From Polyangiales bacterium (GTDB lineage Bacteria > Myxococcota_A > Polyangia > Polyangiales > Polyangiaceae), in the NCBI GenBank assembly GCA_038231275.1, contig JBBRLQ010000016.1, positions 96,001 through 160,000 of the forward strand: DNA of 64,000 nt, written 5' to 3'. Both the position numbers and the translations under genes were made by a program. Of this stretch, positions 39,406 to 51,417 are shown in pieces. Below the pieces are notes generated by a model. It worked only from the letters and a program-made list of their open reading frames with translations. It was not told the origin of the DNA and searched no databases. The stretch's first letter is position 1. Each line of letters starts with the position of its first letter.

Positions 39406-40437
39406 GTGCGCGCCGCGCCCGCTCTCGTCCCCGGGCTCGCGCTCGTCGCGGTGCTTGTCATGGCGCCGGCGCGCGCGTATGCAGAGACGAGCCCGACCGT
39501 GCACGTTGACTACGCCGCGCCGTCCGGGTGTCCGGGCGAGCGCGCGTTCGTCGATGAGCTCGTGGCGCGAGCTCCGCGCGCGCGCGTCGCGGTGCCGAGC
39601 GAGCCGGCGCGAACGTTGATCGTGCGCGTCGCGGCGCGCCAGGGTCATTTCACCGGTCGCCTGAACGTGCGCGCGCTCGACGGAGGCGACACGGAGCGCG
39701 AGCTCGGCGCGGACAGCTGCGCGGAGCTCGTTTCGGCGCTCGCCCTCGTCGCGGCGGTGGCGGTGGACCCTACGGTCGCTTCGACCGCGACCGCGACCTC
39801 GACCCCGACCTCGACCTCGACCCCGACCTCGACCCCGACCCCGACCCCGACTCCGACTCCGACTCCGACCCCGACTCCGACTCCGACCCCGACTCCGACT
39901 CCGACCCTGACTCCGACTCCGACTCCGCATCTCTTTCATGTCCGCGTCGTGGTGGGGAGCGAGGCGGTCTCGGGTCCATTGCCCGATGTGGTCGTCGGGT
40001 TTCCCGTCGTGAGCCTCGACGTCGACAAGGAGACGACCGATCTCCTGCGCCCCGCCTTTCGCGCGAGGTTCGTGACGGCGAGCGACGACGCGGCGAGCGC
40101 GCGGTTCGTGTGGACGGCGGGGAGCCTCGAGGGGTGTCCGATCGGGGGGGTGCTGGGGCCGGTGGGCGCCGCGGCGTGCGCGCGAGGCGAGGCGGGCGCG
40201 CTGTATGGGCGAGGAGCGGTCGGGCCGAGCCGGGACCGAACGACGCCCTGGGTTGCCCTCGGCCCGGTGGGGCGCGCGCGCGTCGAGATCGTCGGGAACC
40301 TCGGGCTCGAAATCGAAGGGAGCCTATTTTTCCCGGTCGTTCGCGATCGGTTCACCCTCGAGTCGGGGGCGACGGTCTTTCGACCGCCGGCCGTCGGCTG
40401 GGCCGTGGGAGGTGGGGCGTCCGTGATCATTTGGTGA
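39406..40437 (+). CDS. Secreted protein: Cys-containing N-domain, PT linker, probable C-terminal beta-barrel
   Basis: Signal peptide AYA; GCP...SCAEL; (PT)n linker; alternating beta strands ending in W. Confidence 0.78.
   Translation: MRAAPALVPGLALVAVLVMAPARAYAETSPTVHVDYAAPSGCPGERAFVDELVARAPRARVAVPSEPARTLIVRVAARQGHFTGRLNVRALDGGDTERELGADSCAELVSALALVAAVAVDPTVASTATATSTPTSTSTPTSTPTPTPTPTPTPTPTPTPTPTPTPTLTPTPTPHLFHVRVVVGSEAVSGPLPDVVVGFPVVSLDVDKETTDLLRPAFRARFVTASDDAASARFVWTAGSLEGCPIGGVLGPVGAAACARGEAGALYGRGAVGPSRDRTTPWVALGPVGRARVEIVGNLGLEIEGSLFFPVVRDRFTLESGATVFRPPAVGWAVGGGASVIIW
39781..39927 (+). repeat. Degenerate hexamer tract encoding a Pro/Ser-Thr linker
   Basis: ccgacc/ccgact/tcgacc units. 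Confidence 0.9.
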
Positions 40438-40479
40438 TCGTGAGGTGCGCGGCCGGACATTTCGGCGGCAGGGCGTAGG

Positions 40480-41115
40480 ATGGGAAACGTGGCGACGTTG
40501 CAGCCGGGCGGTTTCGGAGCGCCCATCGACATCGGGTCGTCCGAGGAGAGCTCAGCGCCGCCCGTGTCGCGCGCGCAGGTGCGACTGCGCGGTGACGCCG
40601 AGGTGCGGTTTCGCGCGATGGTCGACGGGCATTTCGATTTCATTTGGCGATCGCTCCGCGGCCTCGGCGTTCCCTCCGCCAACGCCGACGACGCAGCCCA
40701 GCAGGTGTTCCTCGTCGCCGCGCAGAAACTGGAGCTCATCGCCGCCGGCAGCGAGCGGAGCTTCCTCTTCTCGACAGCGCGCGGGATCGCTGCGAACGCG
40801 CGGCGATCGCGCGCGCGCAGCCGCGAGGTCCCGGAGGAAGGCGCCCTCGCAGAGCCGGTGGACGGCGCACCCGATCCCGAGCAAGAGGCGGCGCGTGCGC
40901 AGGCGCGGCGCGTCCTCGAGGGAATCCTCGAGGGGCTGTCCGACGATCTACGGAGCGTGTTCGTCCTCTTCGAGCTCGAAGGAATGACGACGATGCAGAT
41001 GGCGGAGCTGCTCGGCGTGCCGATGGGCACGGTGGCGTCGCGGCTCCGTCGCGCGCGCGAGGAGTTTCAGGCCGCGACCAAGCGATTCCAAGCGAGCCGA
41101 GGGGGACGCACATGA
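40480..41115 (+). CDS. ECF RNA polymerase sigma factor
   Basis: FIWRSLR..ADDAAQQVF (region 2); VFVLFELEG..AELLGVPMGTVASRLRRAR (region 4). Confidence 0.95.
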   Translation: MGNVATLQPGGFGAPIDIGSSEESSAPPVSRAQVRLRGDAEVRFRAMVDGHFDFIWRSLRGLGVPSANADDAAQQVFLVAAQKLELIAAGSERSFLFSTARGIAANARRSRARSREVPEEGALAEPVDGAPDPEQEAARAQARRVLEGILEGLSDDLRSVFVLFELEGMTTMQMAELLGVPMGTVASRLRRAREEFQAATKRFQASRGGRT

Positions 41116-41927
41116 CCGAGCCGCGACGACTCCTCGACGAAGGCGGCGACTTCGATCGCGCCCTCCTCCACGCGTGGAAAGACGAGCAGCCATCGCCGCG
41201 CGCGCGCGCGGAGCTGTTCGCGCTGGCTGGGCTCGCGGCGACAGGCGCGGCGGCCGTAGGTGCAGCAGGTGCTGCAGGTGCGGCAGGTGCGGCAGGTGCG
41301 GCCGGCTCGATCGCGCCGAAGGCCGCGGCGGGCGGGCTCGCGCTGGCCAAATGGATCCTGGTCGGCGCCGCTGCGCTCGGCGCGACGAGCGCCCTGGTCG
41401 TCTACGCGCGCCGCGACGCCGCAACGCCGCCCCTCGCCGCGTCCACCGTGGCATCGCCGTCGCCGATCCCCACGGTCACGCCTGCGCCTCTCGTCTCGCC
41501 CGTCAGCACCGTTCCTCCCGCCAACGTACCCGCTCCCCTCGCCACTCCGTCGACCCCCGCGACTGCCGTGGCCACCGCGACCGCCGCCGTCACTGCGAAG
41601 ACGACGACGAAGCCGCGCGACACGGCCGCCAGCACAGGCTCTCTCGCCGATCAGATCGCCGCAATCGATCGCGCGCGCGCCGCGCTCGAAGCCGGTGACG
41701 CGACGGACGCGCTCCGCCTCGTCGACGACTACGAGGCGCGCTTCGGAGGCAACGGCGCCGCGTTTCAACAAGAGGCCGACGTCATTCGCATGGACGCGCT
41801 CGTCCGGCAGGGTGATGGCGCAAAGGCGACGCGCCTCGGCACGCGCTTCCTCGCGGCGCATCCGCAGAGCCCTCACGCGGGTCACGTGCGCGCGCTCGTC
41901 GAAAGCCAGGGCGGCGCCGCGCCGTGA
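41112..41927 (+). CDS. Probable membrane anti-sigma factor with C-terminal TPR-like domain
   Basis: ATGA overlap with the sigma gene; TM, Pro/Thr linker, ARAAL..GD..AL..Y..RF..EA...FLAAHPQSPHA. Confidence 0.75.
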   Translation: MTEPRRLLDEGGDFDRALLHAWKDEQPSPRARAELFALAGLAATGAAAVGAAGAAGAAGAAGAAGSIAPKAAAGGLALAKWILVGAAALGATSALVVYARRDAATPPLAASTVASPSPIPTVTPAPLVSPVSTVPPANVPAPLATPSTPATAVATATAAVTAKTTTKPRDTAASTGSLADQIAAIDRARAALEAGDATDALRLVDDYEARFGGNGAAFQQEADVIRMDALVRQGDGAKATRLGTRFLAAHPQSPHAGHVRALVESQGGAAP

Positions 41928-42454
41928 GCCGCGCCGTCTGGGCCGCGCTCGTGCTCTCGCCCTTCGCGTCCCTCGCGCCGTTCGCGCTCGCCTGCGGTAC
42001 CGACGTGAGCCTCGGCGGGACGCCAGACGCCGCCGCGCCCGACGTCGTAACGGTCGATCTCTCGCTCGACTGCCAGCCTTGCCTCACGCAGACCGACTGC
42101 ACGCCGTCCGCGACCTGCGGCGTGTTCGCCGGCGACTCGTTCTGCGCGACCGCGTGCCCGGAAGGCACGGGCTGCGAGCGCGACGAGACGTGCGACGCCA
42201 TCACGACCGTCGGCGGAGCGGCGATCAAGGCGTGCGTCCCCAACGGTGGCGTGTGCGCGCCGGAGATCGGACCGGCGCTCGACGGAGCGATCCTCGATCG
42301 CTGCGGCGCGCTCGACGGCCCCACCGTCGTCACGTCGGCGTGCCACTCCTGCGGCAAGTACTCGAGCGACTGTCAGGGCAACGGCTGCTATGGCGGCTGG
42401 TGGTGCAACACGAGCACCCGCAAGTGTCAGAGGCCGCCGAAGACGTGCCCGTGA
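41924..42454 (+). CDS. Cys-rich lipoprotein
   Basis: Lipobox ALAC; many Cys; GTGA overlap with the upstream gene. Confidence 0.78.
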   Translation: MSRAVWAALVLSPFASLAPFALACGTDVSLGGTPDAAAPDVVTVDLSLDCQPCLTQTDCTPSATCGVFAGDSFCATACPEGTGCERDETCDAITTVGGAAIKACVPNGGVCAPEIGPALDGAILDRCGALDGPTVVTSACHSCGKYSSDCQGNGCYGGWWCNTSTRKCQRPPKTCP

Positions 42455-42688
42455 TCCGCGCGCCTCGCAACGCCGACGGCGCGTCGCGACGCGTCTCCGG
42501 CGCCTCCTCGGTCGAGACAGAACTCCTCTCCGCGCTGCGCTCGTCGCTACGGTTCATCGGCCCCTCACAGCCTGTCGTACGCGCCATGGGCGAGGAGATT
42601 CCCCGGCATTTTCCCGCAAATTCGTAGCGATCCGAAGAGCCGCCTCGCGCGTATCCCGAGATGGCCCTGGGCGCGCTACCCTGATCGG

Positions 42689-43645
42689 ATGCGCCTCGCG
42701 CGAAACGTCGTCGCCTTCGCGATCGTGCTCACGGGCGCGGCGTGCGGCCTCGACCTCACGGGCACGGCAAACCTCTCGACCGACGACGACGGCGGGACGA
42801 CGGGCACGGACGGTTCCATGGACGCGCCCGGCCACGCCGACGCGACGAGCGGAACGGACGGCTCCTCTGCGCGTGACACCGCCAGCGACACGGCCACGCT
42901 CCCCGACACCGCGCCGCCGGTCGACGCGGGCATCGACACGGGCGTCGACGCGTGCGGTCCGATCGTCGTCATCCGCGACGACTTCGGCAGCGGCATCGGC
43001 GCCGCGTGGACCAAGGTCGGCTCTGCGACTGCGACGACCGCCGGAGGCGCGAACGGACCGTTCGTCACGTTGACGCCGCTGCAAGGCGGACAACAGGGCG
43101 AGCTCCTCTATGCGACCGCGCAACCGCTCGGGACGTTCCGCGTCGACTTCCAGTTCTACATGAGCACGGGCGGCCAGAGCCCCGTCGCCGACGGCCTCAC
43201 GTTCGCGTGGTTCGATCGCGCGACCGGCTTCGGCACCGCCGTCGGCGGCAAGGGACTTGGCCTCCCGAGGACGACCGGCGGCTACGCCGTCACGTTCGAC
43301 ACCTGGCAGAATACCGACATCAACGATCCGTCGAGCCCGTACTTCGGCGTCCTGAAGCTCGACTCCGCCAAAGACCCCGGCACCTTCGACTGGCACGGCG
43401 GAAGCTCGTCCCAGCTTCCGCTCATCGCGGGCGTATGGCACACGGCGCAGATCGTGGTCGTCGCCGGCAACGTTCGACTCATCGTGGACACGATCCCGTT
43501 CTTGAGCGGAATCACGACGACGCCCATCGTGAGCGGCGCGTTCGGCTTCACGGCAGCGACGGGAGGCGGTAACCCGATCGGGGTCGCGCTCGACAACGTC
43601 GTCTTCGCGATTCCGAATCCCGCGTGCCCGAGCGCGTTCCCTTGA
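42689..43645 (+). CDS. Lipoprotein with legume (L-type) lectin-like domain
   Basis: Lipobox AAC; LTP..QQG, FRVDFQF, ADGLTF, GKGLG, AVTFDTWQN, FGFTAATGG. Confidence 0.85.
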   Translation: MRLARNVVAFAIVLTGAACGLDLTGTANLSTDDDGGTTGTDGSMDAPGHADATSGTDGSSARDTASDTATLPDTAPPVDAGIDTGVDACGPIVVIRDDFGSGIGAAWTKVGSATATTAGGANGPFVTLTPLQGGQQGELLYATAQPLGTFRVDFQFYMSTGGQSPVADGLTFAWFDRATGFGTAVGGKGLGLPRTTGGYAVTFDTWQNTDINDPSSPYFGVLKLDSAKDPGTFDWHGGSSSQLPLIAGVWHTAQIVVVAGNVRLIVDTIPFLSGITTTPIVSGAFGFTAATGGGNPIGVALDNVVFAIPNPACPSAFP

Positions 43646-43669
43646 ACCGTCGCGAGGAGGGCGGCGCGG

Positions 43670-44266
43670 CTACTTGCAGCTCGGCGCGCACGTGCCGGTG
43701 ATGCAGTCGTTGTAGGCTTTCTGATCGGCCTGCGCCGCGGTGTATTTCGCCTGGCACGCGTCGCGGCACACCTTCGCGCCGGTGCCGCCGCCGCCGTCGC
43801 CCGCGCCGCCGCCGTCACCGCCACCGTCGCCGCCGCCGCCTCCGCCGCCACCACCTCCGCCGCCTTCCTTCCCGGCATCACCGGTCGCGGCGTCCTTACC
43901 GCCGTCGCCCGCGCCCGAGCCGGGCACCGGGCAGTCGATGAGGCACTGCTGGAGAAGCGCGCAGCTCGTGTCGTTGATGACGCACGTGACGGTCGCCGCG
44001 CAGCAACTCTGCTGCATGCACGTGGTGCAGGTGTCGCTCGAGAACGAAATCCCCGATGCCTTCAAGTCGCACGTGCCGCCGGTCCCCGACGAGGCCGGCG
44101 TCGTCCCGCTCGCTCCGCTGGAGCCGCTCGACCCTTGCTGCTGGCCTGTCGTGTCGGGGAGCGGCCCTTCGGTCGGCGACGAGGTCGAGTGCTTCGACGA
44201 GCATCCGAAGACGAGCGCAGACGCTAGAAAACCCACACCGCACGACACGAGAAGGAGGGAGCGCAT
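43670..44266 (-). CDS. Cys/Gly-rich lipoprotein
   Basis: Lipobox VFGC; C..C...CC..C..C...C...C repeats around a poly-Gly/DAG spacer. Confidence 0.75.
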   Translation of the reverse strand: MRSLLLVSCGVGFLASALVFGCSSKHSTSSPTEGPLPDTTGQQQGSSGSSGASGTTPASSGTGGTCDLKASGISFSSDTCTTCMQQSCCAATVTCVINDTSCALLQQCLIDCPVPGSGAGDGGKDAATGDAGKEGGGGGGGGGGGGDGGGDGGGAGDGGGGTGAKVCRDACQAKYTAAQADQKAYNDCITGTCAPSCK

Positions 44267-44464
44267 TACCCGATGTGAAGCATGCGACGTGCCCTCGCTT
44301 CGCCGCCATTTTTCGCGGTCGCCATAAATGTCCGCGTGGATCTGAGGCGAACCAGCAGCGATCGCCTCTGCCCCTGGTTCGCCGTCGCCAATGGAAAATT
44401 CCGGCGTGTGCGGACAGCCTGGATCGGCCCCGCGCGCGCGTCGATCCGCTACTCTCACGTGCGA

Positions 44465-45508
44465 ATGCGCGCGTGCCTCGGCCTCGTTCTCTGCGCCGCG
44501 CTGGCGTTCGTGAGCTCTGGGTGCGCGTCGCTCGATTACCTCGCGCAGGCGTCCGCGGGACAGGACGACCTCCTCACGCGGAGCCTCCCGATGGAGCGCC
44601 TCCTCCGCGAGAACCGCTTGCCGCCGCGCACGCGTCGGCTGCTCGAGGAGATCCCGCGCGTGAAGGAGTACGGCGAGGCCAACGGCCTCCGCGCGACGAA
44701 CAACTACACCAAGTACGCGCGCCTCGATCGCGACGCCGCCGTGTGGATCGTCAGCGCGTGCGAGCCGCTTCGTTTCCGCTCGCGCACGTGGACGTTCCCG
44801 ATCGTCGGCACCATCACCTACCTCGGCTGGTTCCATCGCCCCGACGCCGACGTCGCCGCCGACAAACTCCGCGTGCAAGGCTGGGACGCCGACGTCCGTC
44901 CTGCGGGCGCGTACTCGACCGCGGGGTGGTTCGACGATCCGCTCTTGTCGACGATGATCGGACGAGGCCCCGAGGCGCGCGGGGGTCTCGTGAACACCAT
45001 CTTCCACGAGTCGACGCACGCCACCTTCTTCGTCGCCGGACAGTCGCGCTTGAACGAGAGCGTCGCCAACTTCATCGGGGACGCGCTCGCCATCAAGTAC
45101 ATGAAGGAGGTCGTGGGCGAGGACGCGAAGGAGACCATCGCGTACCTCGCCAGCGAAGAGCGCGGCAAGAAGCGCGAGGTAATAATGCACGCGGCGTACG
45201 GCGAGCTCGAGGCGCTCTACGCGTCGTCGCGAACACGCGAGGAGAAGCTCGCGGAGAAGGCGCGCATCTTCGGCAAGCTCGAGAAGGACCTGACGAGCCG
45301 GCGCAAGCTGACGAACGCGTCGCTCGTGCAGTTCAAGACGTACCACTCGGGCGAGAAGGAGCTCGAGGAGCTGCTCGCGTCATGCGGCGGCGACGTGAAG
45401 CGGCTCGTCGCGCTCCTCTCGGTCTGGCAGCACGAGCCGTTCACGGTCGATCAGGCGGATCCGGCGAAGCTGATCGCGCCCTTGGTCGCCAAGGGCTGCG
45501 CCCGCTGA
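44465..45508 (+). CDS. Putative zinc aminopeptidase lipoprotein (DUF2265-like)
   Basis: SGC lipobox; WTFPIVG..YLGWF, AYSTAGWFDDP, IFHESTH, LNESVANF. Confidence 0.9.
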   Translation: MRACLGLVLCAALAFVSSGCASLDYLAQASAGQDDLLTRSLPMERLLRENRLPPRTRRLLEEIPRVKEYGEANGLRATNNYTKYARLDRDAAVWIVSACEPLRFRSRTWTFPIVGTITYLGWFHRPDADVAADKLRVQGWDADVRPAGAYSTAGWFDDPLLSTMIGRGPEARGGLVNTIFHESTHATFFVAGQSRLNESVANFIGDALAIKYMKEVVGEDAKETIAYLASEERGKKREVIMHAAYGELEALYASSRTREEKLAEKARIFGKLEKDLTSRRKLTNASLVQFKTYHSGEKELEELLASCGGDVKRLVALLSVWQHEPFTVDQADPAKLIAPLVAKGCAR

Positions 45509-45510
45509 TC

Positions 45511-45540
45511 AGGGCCTGACCGGAAACGCCGGTCAGCCCT
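45511..45540. terminator. Hairpin between convergent genes (possible bidirectional terminator)
   Basis: aggg-c-ctgaccgg-aaacg-ccggtcag-ccct. Confidence 0.55.
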
Positions 45541-45581
45541 TTCCTTCAGGAGCATTTCGCTCCGCTGCGCTTCGCTCCAGT

Positions 45582-46220
45582 TCAGTCGGCGACGAAGCCG
45601 TTCTGCTTGTGCGTTCCGTCGCAGAACGGCTTGTTCCTCGACCCGCCGCAGCGGCACAGCGCGCACTTCTTCATCCGCTGGATCGTGCGCCCGGTGCCCG
45701 ACACGATCTCGACGCTCCCCGCCAGGAGCAGCGGGCCGTTCTTCGCCAGCGTGACGTCGAGGAGACCGTCGCGGACGTCGAGCGCTGTGCTCTCGGTCGT
45801 CTTCGGCTCGCCGGTCGCTTCGAATGGGACGCCATGATGGCTCGTGTCGCAATAGGGCTTGTTCTTCGAGGCGCCGCAGCGGCAAAGCGTCGCGCGAAAG
45901 GCCCGGCTTCCCGCGATCGAGAGGTCTCCGCGAAGGGCGATGGGGCCGTTCTCGAGCACCCGCGCGGTGTTCACCTTCGGCGTCTGCTCGTTCGGCCCGC
46001 CGTCGAGGCGCTCGTACGCGATCGCGCCCGACGGGCAGTTCTCGGCGAGCTTCGCGACGTCCTCGGGCGTGGCGGCGTCGGGGCGAATCCACTCGCCCTC
46101 CACGTTCGGCACGAACACGTCCGGCCTTCCGAGCACGCACCCGCGCGAGTGGATGCATTTCTTGCCCTCGAACCGGATGAGGACCGTCTTGCCGCGGATC
46201 TCTTCGATGCCGTCGCCCAT
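45582..46220 (-). CDS. CDGSH iron-sulfur protein with N-terminal (4Fe-4S)-binding domain
   Basis: CIHSRGC...CPSGAI; two LCRCG.S.NKP[YF]CD[TG][ST]H motifs. Confidence 0.93.
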   Translation of the reverse strand: MGDGIEEIRGKTVLIRFEGKKCIHSRGCVLGRPDVFVPNVEGEWIRPDAATPEDVAKLAENCPSGAIAYERLDGGPNEQTPKVNTARVLENGPIALRGDLSIAGSRAFRATLCRCGASKNKPYCDTSHHGVPFEATGEPKTTESTALDVRDGLLDVTLAKNGPLLLAGSVEIVSGTGRTIQRMKKCALCRCGGSRNKPFCDGTHKQNGFVAD

Positions 46221-46230
46221 GCGGCGTACT

Positions 46231-47304
46231 CTACTTGATCGGCGGCGGCGGCGGGACGGTGACGGTGACCTTGGTGGTGACGCCCGCGCCGGACCAGCCG
46301 TTCGAGAACGAGAACGACGCGCCGGAGATCGCCGCGCCCTTGCCGGTGCTCGTGTCGACCGTGAGCAGCGTCGGCGGCGTACCGGTCTGGTTGCGCGAGA
46401 AGCCGTACACGTCGCCGCCCCAAACGCCGAGCCCGAACACGTCGCCGAAGCCGATGCCGTTGCCGGGGTTCGTGCCGGAGCCGCCGTAGATTCCCGAGAG
46501 GAGCGAGGCCGCGGGCGAGCCGGTGTACGCGGCGCTGAGGGCCGTCATGTCGATGCCGACGAGGAAGTCGTCCGTCGTCTCGCAGCCGGTGCCCTTGCTC
46601 GTGCACGAACGGATCGTGGCGAGGCCGGTCGGCTTCTTGTTCGCGTCGGTGTAAAAGACGATGTCGCCCGACAGCGCAAGGATGTGCCCCTTGTGCTTGG
46701 TGTCGGTACGCGGATCGTTGCCGAAGCCGCCGAGGTCCTTGATGGCGCCGTTGGTCTGGTCGATGAACCAGAGCTCGCCGTCGCCGTCGCCGCCGACGAG
46801 GGCTTCGTTGGGGCCGAGGACGCCCGCGGGGGCGAAGGCGAGCGCGAAGAACTTCCCGGTCGTGTTGATGCCGGCGAGCTTGGTGAGCTGCACGCTGCCG
46901 GCGCCCGACGGGAGCGCCGCCTTGTAGACCGCGGTCTGCGAGTTGACGAACACCTCGCCGTTGCCGTTCACGGCGACGTCGGTGATGTTGTCGGTGCCGT
47001 TGCCGGCGAACTTGCCGACGAGCGTGATCGCGTGGGTCTTGGGATCGAGCGTGTAGAGGCTGTCGTCGGTGTTCGCGTAGATCGTCGTCGTGACGGTGAC
47101 CGAGCCGTCCGGGGGAGCGGCCGTGCCGCCGTCGCCGCCGAAGTTTTCACCACCATCGCCGCCCGTTCCGCTGCTGCCCGAGCTTCCGGAGCTTCCTCCG
47201 CCGCCGTCGACGTCGTCGAAGCCGGGGTTCGCGGCCTTCGCGACGCATGCCGCCGCGCCGACACACAAGAGGAGTGCGAAGTACCGAGTCGAAGCGCGAG
47301 CCAT
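46231..47304 (-). CDS. Lipoprotein with probable beta-propeller
   Basis: AAAC lipobox; Gly/Ser linker; LYTLDP, ITDVAV, SGDIV and GLGVWGG blades. Confidence 0.75.
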   Translation of the reverse strand: MARASTRYFALLLCVGAAACVAKAANPGFDDVDGGGGSSGSSGSSGTGGDGGENFGGDGGTAAPPDGSVTVTTTIYANTDDSLYTLDPKTHAITLVGKFAGNGTDNITDVAVNGNGEVFVNSQTAVYKAALPSGAGSVQLTKLAGINTTGKFFALAFAPAGVLGPNEALVGGDGDGELWFIDQTNGAIKDLGGFGNDPRTDTKHKGHILALSGDIVFYTDANKKPTGLATIRSCTSKGTGCETTDDFLVGIDMTALSAAYTGSPAASLLSGIYGGSGTNPGNGIGFGDVFGLGVWGGDVYGFSRNQTGTPPTLLTVDTSTGKGAAISGASFSFSNGWSGAGVTTKVTVTVPPPPPIK

Positions 47305-47438
47305 TGAAGGACCTCCCGGGGGCGCATTCCTTAGCGCCCCCCTCCCCTCCGGGCAAACCGGATCGCGAATGAGACGGTAACCAAACGGCCGGCGGGGCCG
47401 CGAGCCCCGTTTATTGCGACATTCTCGTCACTTGGGCG

Positions 47439-48002
47439 TCACTCCCGCGACGCGTCGGAGGCACCGGCGTCCGAGGGAATCGGCGTGATCGTGCAGGTCG
47501 CCGCGTCGTACCGCGTCCCGGCGAAGAGCCCCGGGAAGATGCGCTGGGTGACGAAGTCGGCGTCGTCCTGCGAGAGCGCGCTCCCGGCGGCGCAGTCTCC
47601 GTCGAACCGCGCGGGCGATACCTGGATGAGCGCGAGGTCGCCGCGCGCGACCGAGAGCTTCCCTTTCGAGCGCAGCGCGACGAGCTTCGTGGGTGGCGCG
47701 CCCGACGAGGGATCCCAGGCGACCGCGAGGACGACGTAGACGGTGTCCTCCGTCGGCACGGTCCGCAGCTCGCCCGACGTCGCGCCCGGCGTCACCGGAT
47801 CGAGGAAGAGCGTACTGGCGAACCACGCGCGGTAGACGACCGTCTGCGTCGCGGGATCGCCTCCGTCCACGAGCGCGGGGTAGTCGTTCTCGACGGACGC
47901 GGTCGTCGGCGTCTCGGTGTCGCAGGCCGCAAGCGCGGTGAGGGCCGTGAGAGCAACGATGGCCACGGTGGCGCGGAGGAGGAGCGTGGGCGGCGATTTC
48001 AT
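47439..48002 (-). CDS. Hypothetical lipoprotein downstream of the TonB receptor
   Basis: Lipobox LAAC; AAGGAGA upstream; 10 bp after the receptor stop. Confidence 0.75.
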   Translation of the reverse strand: MKSPPTLLLRATVAIVALTALTALAACDTETPTTASVENDYPALVDGGDPATQTVVYRAWFASTLFLDPVTPGATSGELRTVPTEDTVYVVLAVAWDPSSGAPPTKLVALRSKGKLSVARGDLALIQVSPARFDGDCAAGSALSQDDADFVTQRIFPGLFAGTRYDAATCTITPIPSDAGASDASRE

Positions 48003-48012
48003 CGGCTCTCCT

Positions 48013-50586
<2,574 letters not shown>

Positions 50587-50706
50587 CGAGCCTCTCTCCA
50601 CCTACGTCTGCCTCTCCTTCGTGGATCGGTCGGCGAGCGTATCATGATGAGAACACGGCCCTTCCGACTGGTGAGCGATGGCCCCGCGTGCTACGGCACT
50701 CGCGCG

Positions 50707-51408
50707 ATGAGCGCCATCCTCCTCGGCTGCTTGCTCGGACTCGCGCAGGGCGTTCGCCATGCGCTCGAGCCCGATCACGTGACCGCGGTGTCCACGCTGG
50801 TCGCCGGGCAGAGGACGCCGCGGCGGATCGTGTCCTTCGCGGCGATCTGGGGACTCGGCCACGCGCTTACGCTGCTCATCGTGGGCGGCGCGCTCGCCCT
50901 CTTCCGCGCGCAGATGCCCGCGCAGGTCGCCGACGCGTTCGAGCTGGTGGTGGCCGTGATGCTCGTGGGCCTCGGCATCCGCGCGATCGCGAAGGCCCGT
51001 GCGTGCGCAAAGGCCGGGCGCATGTCGCGCTCGCATTCGCACGCGCACGCGCACGACGACTCGGGCGCGGGCGCGCGTGTGCAGCCTCTCGGCGTCGGGA
51101 TCGTGCACGGCCTTGCCGGGAGCGGCGCACTGGCAGCGCTCGCGAGCACGTCGTTCGCGTCGCGCGGAGCAGGCGTGCTGTTCATCGCGATCTACGGCGC
51201 CGGTGCCGCGGTCGGAATGGCACTCCTCGCCGCGGCCGCTGTCCTCCCGATGGCGCGCATCGCGAAGAGCGCGACCGCGAGCGCCGTGTTGATGGCAACG
51301 GCGGGGCTCCTATCCATCGCGCTCGGCGCCGCGTGGGGATGGCCAGTCGCGAACCGCCTCGCCGCGGGAGCCCCTCCCCCCGCGCCCGCCGCTCAGCTTG
51401 CGCCCTGA
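50707..51408 (+). CDS. NiCoT/UreH-like nickel/cobalt transporter
   Basis: RHALEPDH, WGLGH, His-rich loop SHSHAHAH, GIVHGLAGSG. Confidence 0.9.
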   Translation: MSAILLGCLLGLAQGVRHALEPDHVTAVSTLVAGQRTPRRIVSFAAIWGLGHALTLLIVGGALALFRAQMPAQVADAFELVVAVMLVGLGIRAIAKARACAKAGRMSRSHSHAHAHDDSGAGARVQPLGVGIVHGLAGSGALAALASTSFASRGAGVLFIAIYGAGAAVGMALLAAAAVLPMARIAKSATASAVLMATAGLLSIALGAAWGWPVANRLAAGAPPPAPAAQLAP

Positions 51409-51417
51409 ATCGCCCCG

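Noticed and set aside
39780..39939. RS/RG-repeat or SE-repeat proteins on the minus strand
   Set aside because: Antisense readings of the Pro-Thr hexamer tract.
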